DNA of 64,000 nucleotides, from IMG/VR virus record IMGVR_UViG_3300017917_001996, positions 186,290 through 250,289 of that record; one strand, given 5' to 3'. Positions 47,557 to 56,992 of this stretch are shown one piece after another. The position numbers were made by a program, and so were the translations under genes. The notes beneath the pieces are model-generated. The model worked only from the letters and a program-made list of their open reading frames with translations. It was not told where the DNA came from and did no database searches. Within the stretch, counting starts at the first letter, position 1. Every line of letters begins with the position of its first letter.

Positions 47557-47929
47557 TGCAGTCCTTCTTAGCCTACTAGGCCCAAGACCTGTGTTTTGGC
47601 GTAATCCTAAATTTCCAGATACATTAACTGCCTGGAACGGTATATGCATGACACAGCGACATGCATTGATGTTAGCTGGAGAAAGATTTTGGGGTGCGTT
47701 TCCTACACCAGAGATGAAACATGCCGCAGACAGTCATTTGATGTTTTTGCACTCTGCAGGTGCGTTTGAGAATAGCGACAACTGGGGCAGGATCATTAAC
47801 GGAAATTCTGGATCAATGCACAATTGGTATCGCCGAAGACTTACACCATTCTTTGACAAAGAGCTAAAGGACCAAAAACCTCACGAAATTTTCAAATGGT
47901 TTGATCTAAAAGAATGGGCTAAAAACTAG
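47537..47929 (+). CDS. Hypothetical protein
   Basis: GAGG SD; overlaps the end of the nucleotidyltransferase gene. Confidence 0.7.
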   Translation: MTTTQADAVLLSLLGPRPVFWRNPKFPDTLTAWNGICMTQRHALMLAGERFWGAFPTPEMKHAADSHLMFLHSAGAFENSDNWGRIINGNSGSMHNWYRRRLTPFFDKELKDQKPHEIFKWFDLKEWAKN

Positions 47930-47948
47930 GCTAAGTCAACCGAAAAAA

Positions 47949-48014
47949 TGTAATACTTGAGTACTACCTTTTAGAAACCCTAGTCTTGACCTGGGTTTCT
48001 GTCTGTGTTATAAT
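47949..48014 (+). promoter_or_regulatory. Early promoter element copy 2 (inverted repeat across -35)
   Basis: TTGACC-17-TATAAT; AGAAACCC/GGGTTTCT. Confidence 0.8.
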
Positions 48015-48065
48015 TTAGGCATAGTAAGCAATAAGGAACAGCAAAAAACTTGTTTCAAAAAACGG

Positions 48066-48094
48066 TTGCACTGCTATCCAAAATCGCTTATAAT
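48066..48094 (+). promoter_or_regulatory. Second tandem sigma70-type promoter
   Basis: TTGCAC-17-TATAAT, then CAGGAG SD. Confidence 0.75.
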
Positions 48095-48124
48095 AACAGC
48101 ATACTGACACACACAGGAGCCCAA

Positions 48125-49144
48125 ATGTCGCAAGCTAACATCCGCATCAAATCTGGCATGTACCGCACCTTTCCTGCAGACGGTAAGGTGTTTGCACTAG
48201 TTGAGCAGTACAAGCGTACAGCCAAAGGCGGATATGTAACCGTTGTCAATGGTGGTGCATTTCCTGGCTTCCCTGACGAGATTCGCATCAAAGTTGAGGG
48301 ACCTGCTGACTACGAGTTTGTAACTGGCAACGATGCAGTTGCAGTTGCATCTGCAGAAGTTGCACCTACCCAGACTGATGAAGAACGCATTGCAGAAATT
48401 GCAGAGCGTTTTGACATCCTGCATGACATGACTAAGGCTGCAATCAGTGGCGACATCCGTGCTATGATTGTGTCGGGCCCGCCTGGAGTTGGCAAGAGCT
48501 TTGGTGTTGAGCAAGAAATCGAAAAGGCTTGCCTGTTGGATCAATTGGCTGGCAAACGAATCCGCGCCGAAGTTGTCAAAGGCAGTGCTACTCCTATCGG
48601 TCTGTACCAAACCCTGTACAAATACTCGGATCCTAACTGCGTGGTTGTGTTCGATGACTGCGATAGTATCCTGCTTGACGATGTGAGTTTGAACTTGCTC
48701 AAAGGTGCTTTGGATTCGGGTAAGAAGCGTAAAATCAGTTGGCTCAGCGAATCCAGTGCCTTGCGCCGCGAAGGCATTCCTGACAGCTTCGAATTCAAAG
48801 GTAGTGTGGTATTCATTACTAACCTCAAGTTTGATGCAATGAAGAGCCAGAAGCTCAAGGATCACCTGGACGCATTGCAGAGCCGTTGCCACTATCTGGA
48901 CCTGACTCTTGATACTATGCGTGATAAGATTCTGCGTATCAAACAAATTGCTCGAGACGGCGAACTGTTTGCAGACCTGGATATCTCCGAAGCTGGTAGC
49001 GATGAGATCATCGAGTTTATGGACACTAACAAGAACAAACTGCGCGAAATGAGTCTGCGTATGGCTCTTAAGATCGCTCAACTCTACAAGAGCTTTCCGC
49101 TTCGTTGGAAAGCCCTGGCAACCACTACCTGTATGAAAGTTTAA
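48125..49144 (+). CDS. AAA+ ATPase
   Basis: GPPGVGKS, VVFDDCD, FITN, ALQSRC. Confidence 0.88.
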   Translation: MSQANIRIKSGMYRTFPADGKVFALVEQYKRTAKGGYVTVVNGGAFPGFPDEIRIKVEGPADYEFVTGNDAVAVASAEVAPTQTDEERIAEIAERFDILHDMTKAAISGDIRAMIVSGPPGVGKSFGVEQEIEKACLLDQLAGKRIRAEVVKGSATPIGLYQTLYKYSDPNCVVVFDDCDSILLDDVSLNLLKGALDSGKKRKISWLSESSALRREGIPDSFEFKGSVVFITNLKFDAMKSQKLKDHLDALQSRCHYLDLTLDTMRDKILRIKQIARDGELFADLDISEAGSDEIIEFMDTNKNKLREMSLRMALKIAQLYKSFPLRWKALATTTCMKV

Positions 49145-49146
49145 TA

Positions 49147-49299
49147 ATGAATTGGCTGGCACTAATCAATTTATATTTTGTATTTTTCAGTTGGCGTTGG
49201 GCTAACGAATCATTCAAGAATGGAAACAATGGTGCAGGTTGGTTCAACATCTTTGCTAGTGCATTGAACGCCGCGGCAGTGGCAAGTGTCATTTTTTAA
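49147..49299 (+). CDS. Small membrane protein
   Basis: Hydrophobic 50-aa ORF in operon. Confidence 0.6.
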   Translation: MNWLALINLYFVFFSWRWANESFKNGNNGAGWFNIFASALNAAAVASVIF

Positions 49300-49309
49300 G
49301 GAGTTAGTT

Positions 49310-49492
49310 ATGACTTGGGTTTTGGTTTTGTTCCTTCATGCAGGTATGCTCAGCGAAAAAGATAGCATGGCTTTGACAAGTGTGCCAGGTTTCAAAACTG
49401 AAGCCGCTTGCCTGGCTGCTGGTAAACAAAGTGAGGCCTTGGGTAAACGCACTACTAAGGAAGTTAAGTTTGTTTGTCTTAAGCAAGACTAA
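49310..49492 (+). CDS. Small exported/membrane protein
   Basis: AAGGAG SD; hydrophobic N-terminus; two Cys. Confidence 0.7.
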   Translation: MTWVLVLFLHAGMLSEKDSMALTSVPGFKTEAACLAAGKQSEALGKRTTKEVKFVCLKQD

Positions 49493-49503
49493 GGAGATTG
49501 ATC

Positions 49504-49656
49504 ATGGAAATGAAATGGGCAATGATTACCATGTGTGTATTGTTCGGTGGCATGTTTGTAGGTCTTAGTGTTGAAAAGTATCAACAAAACCAATGCCGCA
49601 TCGCAAGTGTCCAAGCAGGTAAGTCTTCTGACGACATCGCAAAAATTTGTAAGTGA
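49504..49656 (+). CDS. Small membrane-anchored protein (50 aa, not in ORF track)
   Basis: AAGGAG SD; MEMKWAMITMCVLFGG. Confidence 0.7.
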   Translation: MEMKWAMITMCVLFGGMFVGLSVEKYQQNQCRIASVQAGKSSDDIAKICK

Positions 49657-49663
49657 GGTAATT

Positions 49664-50107
49664 ATGGGACTTGATCAATACGCATACGTGGCTGCACAAG
49701 CCGGCGAACGTGATGCATACTATGATGCTGATGGTAGTTTTGAAGACGGCGAATGGGTAGTACCGGGCAAGACTAAGCCGCGTGAAATTGCCTATTGGCG
49801 CAAGCATCCTAATTTGCAAGGCTGGATGGAGTTTACTTGGAAACGTAAGCTAATTGAGTCAAAACAAGAAGAGCCCAACGACGATGGTTGGGGCAGTAGC
49901 TTTAACGGTATCGAATTGGAATTAACACTTGAAGATCTCGATGCACTCGAGCAAGATGTGTTGCATGGCAGACTGCCTAAGACTTCAGGTTTCTTCTTTG
50001 GTAATGATTCCGACGATCATTACAAGCAACATGACCTAGAGTTTATTAAACAAGCTCGTGTAGATATTGCATCCGGACTCAAAGTATTTTACAATTCAAG
50101 TTGGTAA
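49664..50107 (+). CDS. Conserved phage hypothetical protein
   Basis: MGLDQY...EIAYWRK...GFFFG...YNSSW; GAGG SD. Confidence 0.8.
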   Translation: MGLDQYAYVAAQAGERDAYYDADGSFEDGEWVVPGKTKPREIAYWRKHPNLQGWMEFTWKRKLIESKQEEPNDDGWGSSFNGIELELTLEDLDALEQDVLHGRLPKTSGFFFGNDSDDHYKQHDLEFIKQARVDIASGLKVFYNSSW

Positions 50108-50108
50108 C

Positions 50109-50321
50109 ATGAACGAAATAATTGAACAATTAGCTGAACTAGCAACCGAAGACATGGAGTTTGTTGACGATACTGTGTTGCGTGTTACAGCCGAGACAGG
50201 TATTGAATACGAGATACCTGCCGAATTCATTAAAGCATTTGCCGAATTGATTGTTCGTGAATGTGCTACGTTAGCATATGATGGACCTGGGGGCATTTTG
50301 GAACATTTTGGAGTTGAATAA
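50109..50321 (+). CDS. Hypothetical protein
   Basis: FAELIVRECA...EHFGVE motif. Confidence 0.7.
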   Translation: MNEIIEQLAELATEDMEFVDDTVLRVTAETGIEYEIPAEFIKAFAELIVRECATLAYDGPGGILEHFGVE

Positions 50322-50686
50322 TGTCTGGCTACCACATGATTTTGAAGTGTGAAAAGATTAGAGAACGAGCCGACAAACTTGGCTTTATGCTTTGCTATCC
50401 TCGTAATGGTTGGGGTGGCAGTCGCGGTGATGACTATGTTGCTATTAAACCAAAGGACAAAGAAGCATTGCCTATCTATAGTCGCGATGCTGAACTGTTT
50501 TGTGGTACAATCGACGATCTAGAATCATTCTTTCAAGGTATCGAGTGGGCACGACAGTACGACGACATGCTTAGAGTGTCTACGTCAGTCAAGCGTGAAC
50601 GCAAAGAACAAGATTATAGAAATCAGAAACTTCTTCGAATGATTAAAGAAGGGCAAGACCCAGATGACCATTCCGTCCGAACATAA
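50321..50686 (+). CDS. Hypothetical protein
   Basis: Coupled ORF with GGAG SD. Confidence 0.75.
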   Translation: MSGYHMILKCEKIRERADKLGFMLCYPRNGWGGSRGDDYVAIKPKDKEALPIYSRDAELFCGTIDDLESFFQGIEWARQYDDMLRVSTSVKRERKEQDYRNQKLLRMIKEGQDPDDHSVRT

Positions 50687-51056
50687 AGTAGATATTATCC
50701 AAAGTGGCATGACTTTTATGCGAGCTATCACAGAAGCCTACGGCGTCGACGAAGGCATGCGACTTTGGGATACTATTGCCGACACTCTTGACCCGGATTT
50801 CAAAGGTCAGATTTTCTTAGCCATGCTCACCGGTCAATATACCAACGTCATTTATGTAACAGGGCACAATATCGGCGCTGATCGTGTTCGTATGATCAAG
50901 ACTGTACGTAACATTGATAAGCGAGGACTTGGTTTGAAAGAAGCCAAAGATATGTGTGATTCATTGAGTGCAGGTGTACCCTTTAAACTTGAAATTAATC
51001 CCGAAGCAAGGTCTATCAGCCTGAGCGAATTGCGTAAAGCAGGATTTTATGTATGA
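50664..51056 (+). CDS. Protein with ribosomal L7/L12 C-terminal-like domain
   Basis: RMIKTVRNI...GLGLKEAKDMCD. Confidence 0.65.
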   Translation: MTIPSEHKVDIIQSGMTFMRAITEAYGVDEGMRLWDTIADTLDPDFKGQIFLAMLTGQYTNVIYVTGHNIGADRVRMIKTVRNIDKRGLGLKEAKDMCDSLSAGVPFKLEINPEARSISLSELRKAGFYV

Positions 51057-51538
51057 AAAAAACATTCTATGAAAAAGTTGGCCGCAAATACGTACCAGTA
51101 CGTGAGTACGATAGCGACTTGGTAGATTCCTTACCCAAAGGTACTCACGTAATCATGTGCTACCCTGGCGGACAGTCGACTCGCTATAATGTAGACCCGA
51201 ACTATGTGGCACTGATTGCCGCAGGGCGTGTTGCCGAAGATGCTATTTCTGAGGCAATAATGAAAGCTACAGAAATTCGCAGGCAACAACGTTATGAAAA
51301 AGGCACACCGTTGACACCGGGCCAAAAAGCCGCTTGGGAAAAACTCGTCGAAGAGTTTGGCCCAGAAGCTAAACAACTTGAGTGGGCAAGTGTGCGAGAA
51401 TGCGCTGAAGCTGGTAATCAGGCTTTACAAGAACAGGCAAATCTGTTATTATCTAATCCTACAGTTCGTGCAGCCTATGAACAATTTATTATGGTTTGCG
51501 AACTGTCCAAAGGTGCCACATACAAGGAAGACAAATGA
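51053..51538 (+). CDS. Hypothetical protein
   Basis: ATGA-coupled ORF. Confidence 0.75.
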   Translation: MKKTFYEKVGRKYVPVREYDSDLVDSLPKGTHVIMCYPGGQSTRYNVDPNYVALIAAGRVAEDAISEAIMKATEIRRQQRYEKGTPLTPGQKAAWEKLVEEFGPEAKQLEWASVRECAEAGNQALQEQANLLLSNPTVRAAYEQFIMVCELSKGATYKEDK

Positions 51539-52068
51539 TTACTCTTAAAGATTTTATGGAAACAGTTGACTATCGTATCACCGAAGGTAGTGACTACTAC
51601 GGCCTAGGTCAGTCTGCATATACATTCACATACTGGAATGGTGATCAGGATGGTTGCAGTGTTAGCATAGTGTTTAGCACCGCCGACCAAGCAGTGCTAA
51701 TTGCAGAAGTTTGTGACTATTCTGCAGATCGCGCATATCGTCTAATTTGTCCAAGTGTGCAAAATCAAAGAACGGACAAAGAGGCTTGGGATTCTGTTAA
51801 ATGGACTGATCTGGAAACTGATCAAGACTGGCTGGAAAAAGCTGGTGCTATTGTTCGTGGCGAAGAGTACGATACTCGTGTAAGCATTCCTCTGGACTTC
51901 ACAGACGAGGAATTGCTCAAGTACATGATCATGGCACACGAACGTGAAATGACGTTTAATCAATTTGTTGAACAAGCATTGCAGAGTGCTATCGACGATT
52001 ACAAAAATGATCCTGATGGGTTCAAGGCTCGGGCTGCTCGTTGGAAAGAAATGAATGACCCTGCCTGA
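51535..52068 (+). CDS. Hypothetical protein
   Basis: ATGA overlap, AAGGA SD; MITLKDFME. Confidence 0.75.
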   Translation: MITLKDFMETVDYRITEGSDYYGLGQSAYTFTYWNGDQDGCSVSIVFSTADQAVLIAEVCDYSADRAYRLICPSVQNQRTDKEAWDSVKWTDLETDQDWLEKAGAIVRGEEYDTRVSIPLDFTDEELLKYMIMAHEREMTFNQFVEQALQSAIDDYKNDPDGFKARAARWKEMNDPA

Positions 52069-52309
52069 CGAAAGGTATCGAGCTGTCTTGTGGGCCGGAC
52101 GTTTTCTTCGAGATGTGGCCTACAATACAAAACAGTATCCTCGTGTACCTGAGACTGTCAGAAAAGAAGCATCTAGCATTTTACGTCATTTTCCATTGGA
52201 ATACGAAATGAAGTGTGCCGCAGAGGCTGCACCGGAAGTATTCCAAGAACGTATGGATCCATTGCATCGATTATTGGTACAGCACCAACAAGAAACCGAA
52301 CAAAAATGA
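52055..52309 (+). CDS. BPSL0761-like small protein
   Basis: MTLPDERYRAV...PRVP..VR..A..ILRHFP. Confidence 0.65.
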   Translation: MTLPDERYRAVLWAGRFLRDVAYNTKQYPRVPETVRKEASSILRHFPLEYEMKCAAEAAPEVFQERMDPLHRLLVQHQQETEQK

Positions 52310-52617
52310 CCACATACATTGCTTACTTTGATAGTCTTGGGTTTGAGTTTATATTCGACTTGACTAACTATGAGCACGAGCAGTTGCTAGGTATACTTGG
52401 CGACAAGCCAATAAGTAATCGTATTCCGCAATACGCTATCCTTCGTGCCAAGTCAAACCCACAAAGATTTCCTGAAATCTGGGCGTTTGATTCTGATGTA
52501 GACCAAAACACTTTAGATGAGTTAGCAAGGGAATCGCCGCAGATGCTAGCCGACTTAATTAGGAAACACGGCGAGCCAATATATCAAACTCCAAAACAAA
52601 AGTCAGTTATAGTTTAA
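52306..52617 (+). CDS. Hypothetical protein
   Basis: ATGA overlap; ends before terminator. Confidence 0.75.
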   Translation: MTTYIAYFDSLGFEFIFDLTNYEHEQLLGILGDKPISNRIPQYAILRAKSNPQRFPEIWAFDSDVDQNTLDELARESPQMLADLIRKHGEPIYQTPKQKSVIV

Positions 52618-52642
52618 TACCCGGAGCCCCGGGTATTTTTTT
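52616..52642 (+). terminator. Rho-independent terminator
   Basis: AATACCCGG-AGCC-CCGGGTATT followed by a T tract. Confidence 0.85.
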
Positions 52643-52669
52643 GACATTATCCTAGTAGTATGCTAAACT
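52641..52669 (+). promoter_or_regulatory. Sigma70-type promoter, leaderless to ATG 52676
   Basis: TTGACA-17-TAAACT with extended TG; ATG 6 nt downstream. Confidence 0.75.
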
Positions 52670-52675
52670 TATAAG

Positions 52676-53803
52676 ATGCAAAAACAGTCTTTTCGTTACC
52701 TAGAAGATTATATTGAATACCTTGCTGGATTCCCTATGACTAATAATGTTAGGCCGGGTACAGTGAGCTTGGCTAGATACGACACGCAGATTGTTGCTAG
52801 TATTGCAAACCAAACGTTCAATGGTACCGGCTTCAGTGATCGACAAGCCCTACTAGCTCATAAGTTGGTAGTAAAGTATAAAAGGCAATTTGCCAACAAT
52901 GGAATTCTAATTGGCGAACATGAAGAAGACCCAAAGTTTCGATTACCACTTAGACAAGTTGATCGTTCTAAAATTATTACCCTTAATGATAAAAAAATTG
53001 TTGTACGTTTTCCCTACGACGTTAAAATGATTGATGCTCTACGAGAGTATGGTAAAAAGATTCCCAGCGAGTTGAGATTTAACAAACCCAATCGACAGTG
53101 GGAAGCTGACATTACTGAACCAAGAGTTCTTTGGGCCTGCGAGTTTGCTGATAAATATGAGTTTGAGATTGATACGGTATTGCTAGAGCTTAGAGAAAAG
53201 ATCGATCATTGCCAACAAATAAGGTATGCCATTGAGCTGGATTATGTTGACAATCAGATAGTTATTTCTAATGCTGAGTCTAGTCTATTAGATTATATTA
53301 ACAGCAACGTTGGTGGACTTGGCAAAGACAATCTACTAAACTTAATTGACCAAAGTAGCATTTTAGGCTACACGGTTAGTGAAAAGATCATTACACTCTA
53401 TGACTTCGGCCAAGTTGACAAAAGGTTAGCACTAAAGAAAGAAAGTCATTTTCCTTGGAATGACGAAGGCAGCTTTGAAAAAATCGTAGACTATGCTGAA
53501 TGGTCGCAAAGATATCCTATATTTGTTTTTGATCCATTGAACGAAAATAAACCTAATAACCCAGTCCTTGAAAAATTAAAAAATCATTTTAAAGACGAGT
53601 TAGAAGTAGTCGGCGCTCGACAAAAACGTATCGATTACCAAAATAAGAAGTGTGTATACTTAACCCACTGGCATTCTAGCTGGCAAATGAAGATTCCTTT
53701 GCTGGTTACACTAACAGGGCTAATGGTTGGGTTAAAGAAACAACACATACTTCAGCACTCAGAAAAGATTGTATTTTCTTCTGAGATTCTCTATAATCCA
53801 TAA
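52676..53803 (+). CDS. Conserved hypothetical protein upstream of uvsW
   Basis: 375-aa ORF. Confidence 0.75.
   Translation: MQKQSFRYLEDYIEYLAGFPMTNNVRPGTVSLARYDTQIVASIANQTFNGTGFSDRQALLAHKLVVKYKRQFANNGILIGEHEEDPKFRLPLRQVDRSKIITLNDKKIVVRFPYDVKMIDALREYGKKIPSELRFNKPNRQWEADITEPRVLWACEFADKYEFEIDTVLLELREKIDHCQQIRYAIELDYVDNQIVISNAESSLLDYINSNVGGLGKDNLLNLIDQSSILGYTVSEKIITLYDFGQVDKRLALKKESHFPWNDEGSFEKIVDYAEWSQRYPIFVFDPLNENKPNNPVLEKLKNHFKDELEVVGARQKRIDYQNKKCVYLTHWHSSWQMKIPLLVTLTGLMVGLKKQHILQHSEKIVFSSEILYNP
53769..53797 (+). promoter_or_regulatory. Sigma70-type promoter, leaderless to uvsW ATG 53805
   Basis: TTGTAT-17-TATAAT; ATG 7 nt downstream. Confidence 0.65.
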
Positions 53804-53804
53804 T

Positions 53805-55298
53805 ATGCCTGAATGTATACTAGAAATACTTGACGAAGTAAACGTAAAAATTAAAGGGTTGGATTTAGACAGCCGTCGCCAACTAGTCAATCGATATAAA
53901 TTTGAAATTCCTGGAGCAAGGTATTTGCCTGCTGTACGTCTAGGTCGTTGGGATGGCAAAGTAAGTTATTTTCAACTCAGTGGCAGTACTTATATTAACC
54001 TGTTGCCGGAAATTTTACCTTGGTTAGAAGAACGGGGCTACAATGTTGAACTAGAAGATCAACGTGATTATCGCACACAGTTCAGCTTTGAGCAAGTACA
54101 CGAAAAAAGTTTTGAGCACATACTGTGGCCCAAAGGACATCCTGCTGAAGGAAAGCCTATCATGCTACGTGACTACCAAGTTGAGGTAGTTAATAAGTTC
54201 TTGTCCAATCCACAGTGTATACAGGAAATCGCCACTGGTGCTGGTAAGACAATTATGACTGCTGCCTTGAGCAATGCAGTTAGTCCTTATGGCCGTAGCA
54301 TTGTTATTGTACCTAACAAAGACCTAGTTCGCCAAACAGAAAAAGACTACATTAACATGCAACTGGATGTTGGTGTTTACTTTGGCGACCGCAAAGAATA
54401 CAATAGGCGGCACACTATCTGCACTTGGCAAAGTCTTAATGTTATGCTTAAGAATACCAAGAACCACGAAGCAGAAGTTACTATACACGAATTCTTAGAG
54501 GATGTAGTGTGCGTGATCGTTGACGAAGTGCACATGGCCAAGGCTGATGTACTTAAACAACTGCTAACAGGTCCTATGTCTCGAGTGCCGCTACGTTGGG
54601 GTCTAACTGGTACAATACCCAAAGAGAAATATGAATTTATGAGCTTGTTCTGTAGTATTGGACAAGTCATTGGACGTCTCAGAGCCAGCGAACTGCAAGA
54701 GCAAGGTGTGCTGGCGCAGTGCCATGTTAACATTGTTCAGTTAGTTGAGTATGCAGAATACAGCAACTATCAAAGCGAATTGAAGTACTTGCTGGAAAAC
54801 GATAAAAGAATCGCTTACATCAGTAAGATGATCAGCAGAATCAAGGATTCGGGTAACACATTGATTCTAGTGGACAGGATTGGTGCAGGCAAGGCATTAC
54901 AAGCTCATCTCAGCTCGTTGTTTAGTGTATTAAAAGATGCACCCGACGTAGTGTTTATTTCGGGCAGTACCAAGTCTGCTGATCGTCAAGATGAATACGA
55001 ACAAGTTAGCACAGCAAATAACAAGGTTATGATTGCTACCTACGGTGTAGCTGCTGTGGGCATTAACATTCCACGAATTTTCAATCTAGTGCTAATTGAG
55101 CCTGGCAAGAGCTTTGTGCGTGTTATCCAAAGTATCGGGCGTGGCATTCGTAAAGCCGAAGACAAAGACTTTGTACAGATCTGGGACATTACCAGCACCT
55201 GCAAGTTTGCCAAGAGACACCTAACACAGAGAAAGAACTTTTACAAAGAAGCCAACTATCCATTTACCATAGACAAAGTTGACTATCAAAAACAATAA
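53805..55298 (+). CDS. uvsW: SF2 helicase UvsW
   Basis: WDGK, LRDYQ, ATGAGKT, DEVH, GLTGT, QSIGRGIR. Confidence 0.92.
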   Translation: MPECILEILDEVNVKIKGLDLDSRRQLVNRYKFEIPGARYLPAVRLGRWDGKVSYFQLSGSTYINLLPEILPWLEERGYNVELEDQRDYRTQFSFEQVHEKSFEHILWPKGHPAEGKPIMLRDYQVEVVNKFLSNPQCIQEIATGAGKTIMTAALSNAVSPYGRSIVIVPNKDLVRQTEKDYINMQLDVGVYFGDRKEYNRRHTICTWQSLNVMLKNTKNHEAEVTIHEFLEDVVCVIVDEVHMAKADVLKQLLTGPMSRVPLRWGLTGTIPKEKYEFMSLFCSIGQVIGRLRASELQEQGVLAQCHVNIVQLVEYAEYSNYQSELKYLLENDKRIAYISKMISRIKDSGNTLILVDRIGAGKALQAHLSSLFSVLKDAPDVVFISGSTKSADRQDEYEQVSTANNKVMIATYGVAAVGINIPRIFNLVLIEPGKSFVRVIQSIGRGIRKAEDKDFVQIWDITSTCKFAKRHLTQRKNFYKEANYPFTIDKVDYQKQ

Positions 55299-55309
55299 AG
55301 AAAAACAAT

Positions 55310-55819
55310 ATGTCAAGAATTTTAAACTTAGATACCAATCGTGCATACGATATGAACGAGATACCCGAAGAGGTTGATGACCTTAGGTTCTGTGTGCTAG
55401 ATAACAGCGACCCGAAGAATCCTGATTACTTTTTTATACCATTAATCTTTTTAGAGAGCTTTAATAGCCCTGCACTGGTACTAAAAATTGGACCTTGGAC
55501 AGTTAAAATGCCTGTGGACTGGCAACTGTTAATTGGCGAAAAGGATCTGGGCGATCTAGAAGTAGTACCATTGACCAGTATTAATGATCGCGGCTTTTGT
55601 GCATTTTGCTTTAATCCTATTAGCAGCTTTAGACCTGAATTTCATCCAGTTGAAATTGTAGACATCTATCAAGATGTTAAATGGTATTTTCCTAAACTCA
55701 AGCCCGGACAGATGTTGGCAGTACCATTGGAGTCAGATACTGATAAACCTATGTGCGTGTATTTTGTCAAAGAGATTAGCCGAATGAGCGAAGTAGTTGA
55801 TTTTAGCAAGGCATGGTAA
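55310..55819 (+). CDS. Conserved hypothetical protein
   Basis: 169-aa ORF in replication module. Confidence 0.75.
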   Translation: MSRILNLDTNRAYDMNEIPEEVDDLRFCVLDNSDPKNPDYFFIPLIFLESFNSPALVLKIGPWTVKMPVDWQLLIGEKDLGDLEVVPLTSINDRGFCAFCFNPISSFRPEFHPVEIVDIYQDVKWYFPKLKPGQMLAVPLESDTDKPMCVYFVKEISRMSEVVDFSKAW

Positions 55820-55825
55820 TATAAT
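55797..55825 (+). promoter_or_regulatory. Sigma70-type promoter, leaderless to ATG 55832
   Basis: TTGATT-17-TATAAT; ATG 6 nt downstream. Confidence 0.7.
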
Positions 55826-55831
55826 ACAGCT

Positions 55832-56290
55832 ATGAGTGATAAACTAAACATTGCCAACGAAATGCGAGCCTTTGATAACAAGGATCGCGGTTTCTATGAT
55901 AGCCTAACTGAAGAAGAACGCAAGAAGTTCAGCACCTACTTAATGCTCAAGTGGGGCGCCAACGTAGAAGGCAGTCCCGAATTGCAAGAATGGTATTTGC
56001 GTGTGGTCAATGATCGTGTAAATCTTAACTTTTTTGATTTAGGAAGACATCCTAAGTTGCAGTGGCTTCTGTGTACAACGGTGAGCCCTGGGCTAGGAGT
56101 AAAACGTCACTATTGGATTACTTCCAAGCGTGGTAGTACCAGCAAAGCATATAAGTTTATTGAAAAACAATATCCTCATCTTAAACCCGATGAAATTGAA
56201 CTGATGTTGCAGATCAACAGTCCAGATCAAATTAAGAGTTATGCACGAGCATTGGGTTGGGATGATAAACAGATCAAATCTGAGCTATGA
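55832..56290 (+). CDS. Possible clamp-loader small subunit (gp62-like)
   Basis: FSTYLMLKW..VN..HPKLQWLL..KRHYWI pattern; size; context. Confidence 0.5.
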   Translation: MSDKLNIANEMRAFDNKDRGFYDSLTEEERKKFSTYLMLKWGANVEGSPELQEWYLRVVNDRVNLNFFDLGRHPKLQWLLCTTVSPGLGVKRHYWITSKRGSTSKAYKFIEKQYPHLKPDEIELMLQINSPDQIKSYARALGWDDKQIKSEL

Positions 56291-56991
56291 TTGTGGCAGA
56301 ACCTGTAGTCAAATATACTTGTAAATTTTGTGGGAAGAGTTTTTCAAAAGAAACTACACTGATCTCTCACGTCTGTGAAAAGAAGCGCAGAGCACAACAA
56401 GAAAAAGAAGTCGGCGTACAGCTAGGTCTGCAAGCCTACTTGATGTTCTATCAAAGTACCCAAGCAGGCACTAAAAATAAAACGTATCAAGACTTTGCGG
56501 AAAGTCCATACTATACTGCATTTGTAAAGTTTGGGCGCTATTGTGTGTCTATTAAGTGTATTAACTTTGCATCATTTACTCGCTGGCTACTACAGAACAA
56601 CAAAAAGTTAGACTACTGGTGTTCAGATAAGTTGTATGAAGAATGGATGGCAGAATACTTAAAGCGAGAGCCTGCACAAGATGCACTGGAACGAGCCATC
56701 AAGGAGATAACCGAGTATGCAGAAGATCATCCAGAGCTTAAAAACGGCTTTCGGGATTACTTTAGGTATGCTAATAGTAATCGAATTTGTCATCATATCT
56801 GTAGCGGCAGGATTAGTCCTTGGGTGGTGTTTAACTGCGCTAGTGGGGTAGAGTTTGTTGAGCGATTACCAGCAAATCAAGTTAACCTACTGTTACCGTG
56901 GATTGACCCAACATACTGGAACGGGTTTTTTAAAGATAATCCCAACGATGTTCAATGGGCTAGGAGCATCTTAGCAGCAGCAGGATTATAA
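56287..56991 (+). CDS. Conserved protein with N-terminal C2H2-like zinc finger
   Basis: YTCKFCGKSFSKETTLISHVC. Confidence 0.7.
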   Translation: MIVAEPVVKYTCKFCGKSFSKETTLISHVCEKKRRAQQEKEVGVQLGLQAYLMFYQSTQAGTKNKTYQDFAESPYYTAFVKFGRYCVSIKCINFASFTRWLLQNNKKLDYWCSDKLYEEWMAEYLKREPAQDALERAIKEITEYAEDHPELKNGFRDYFRYANSNRICHHICSGRISPWVVFNCASGVEFVERLPANQVNLLLPWIDPTYWNGFFKDNPNDVQWARSILAAAGL

Positions 56992-56992
56992 T

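Noticed and set aside
48197-49162. 321-aa antisense ORF (also 36115-36744, 59739-60638, 1312-2013, 28127-28756)
   Set aside because: Shadows of well-supported plus-strand genes; no motifs or expression signals
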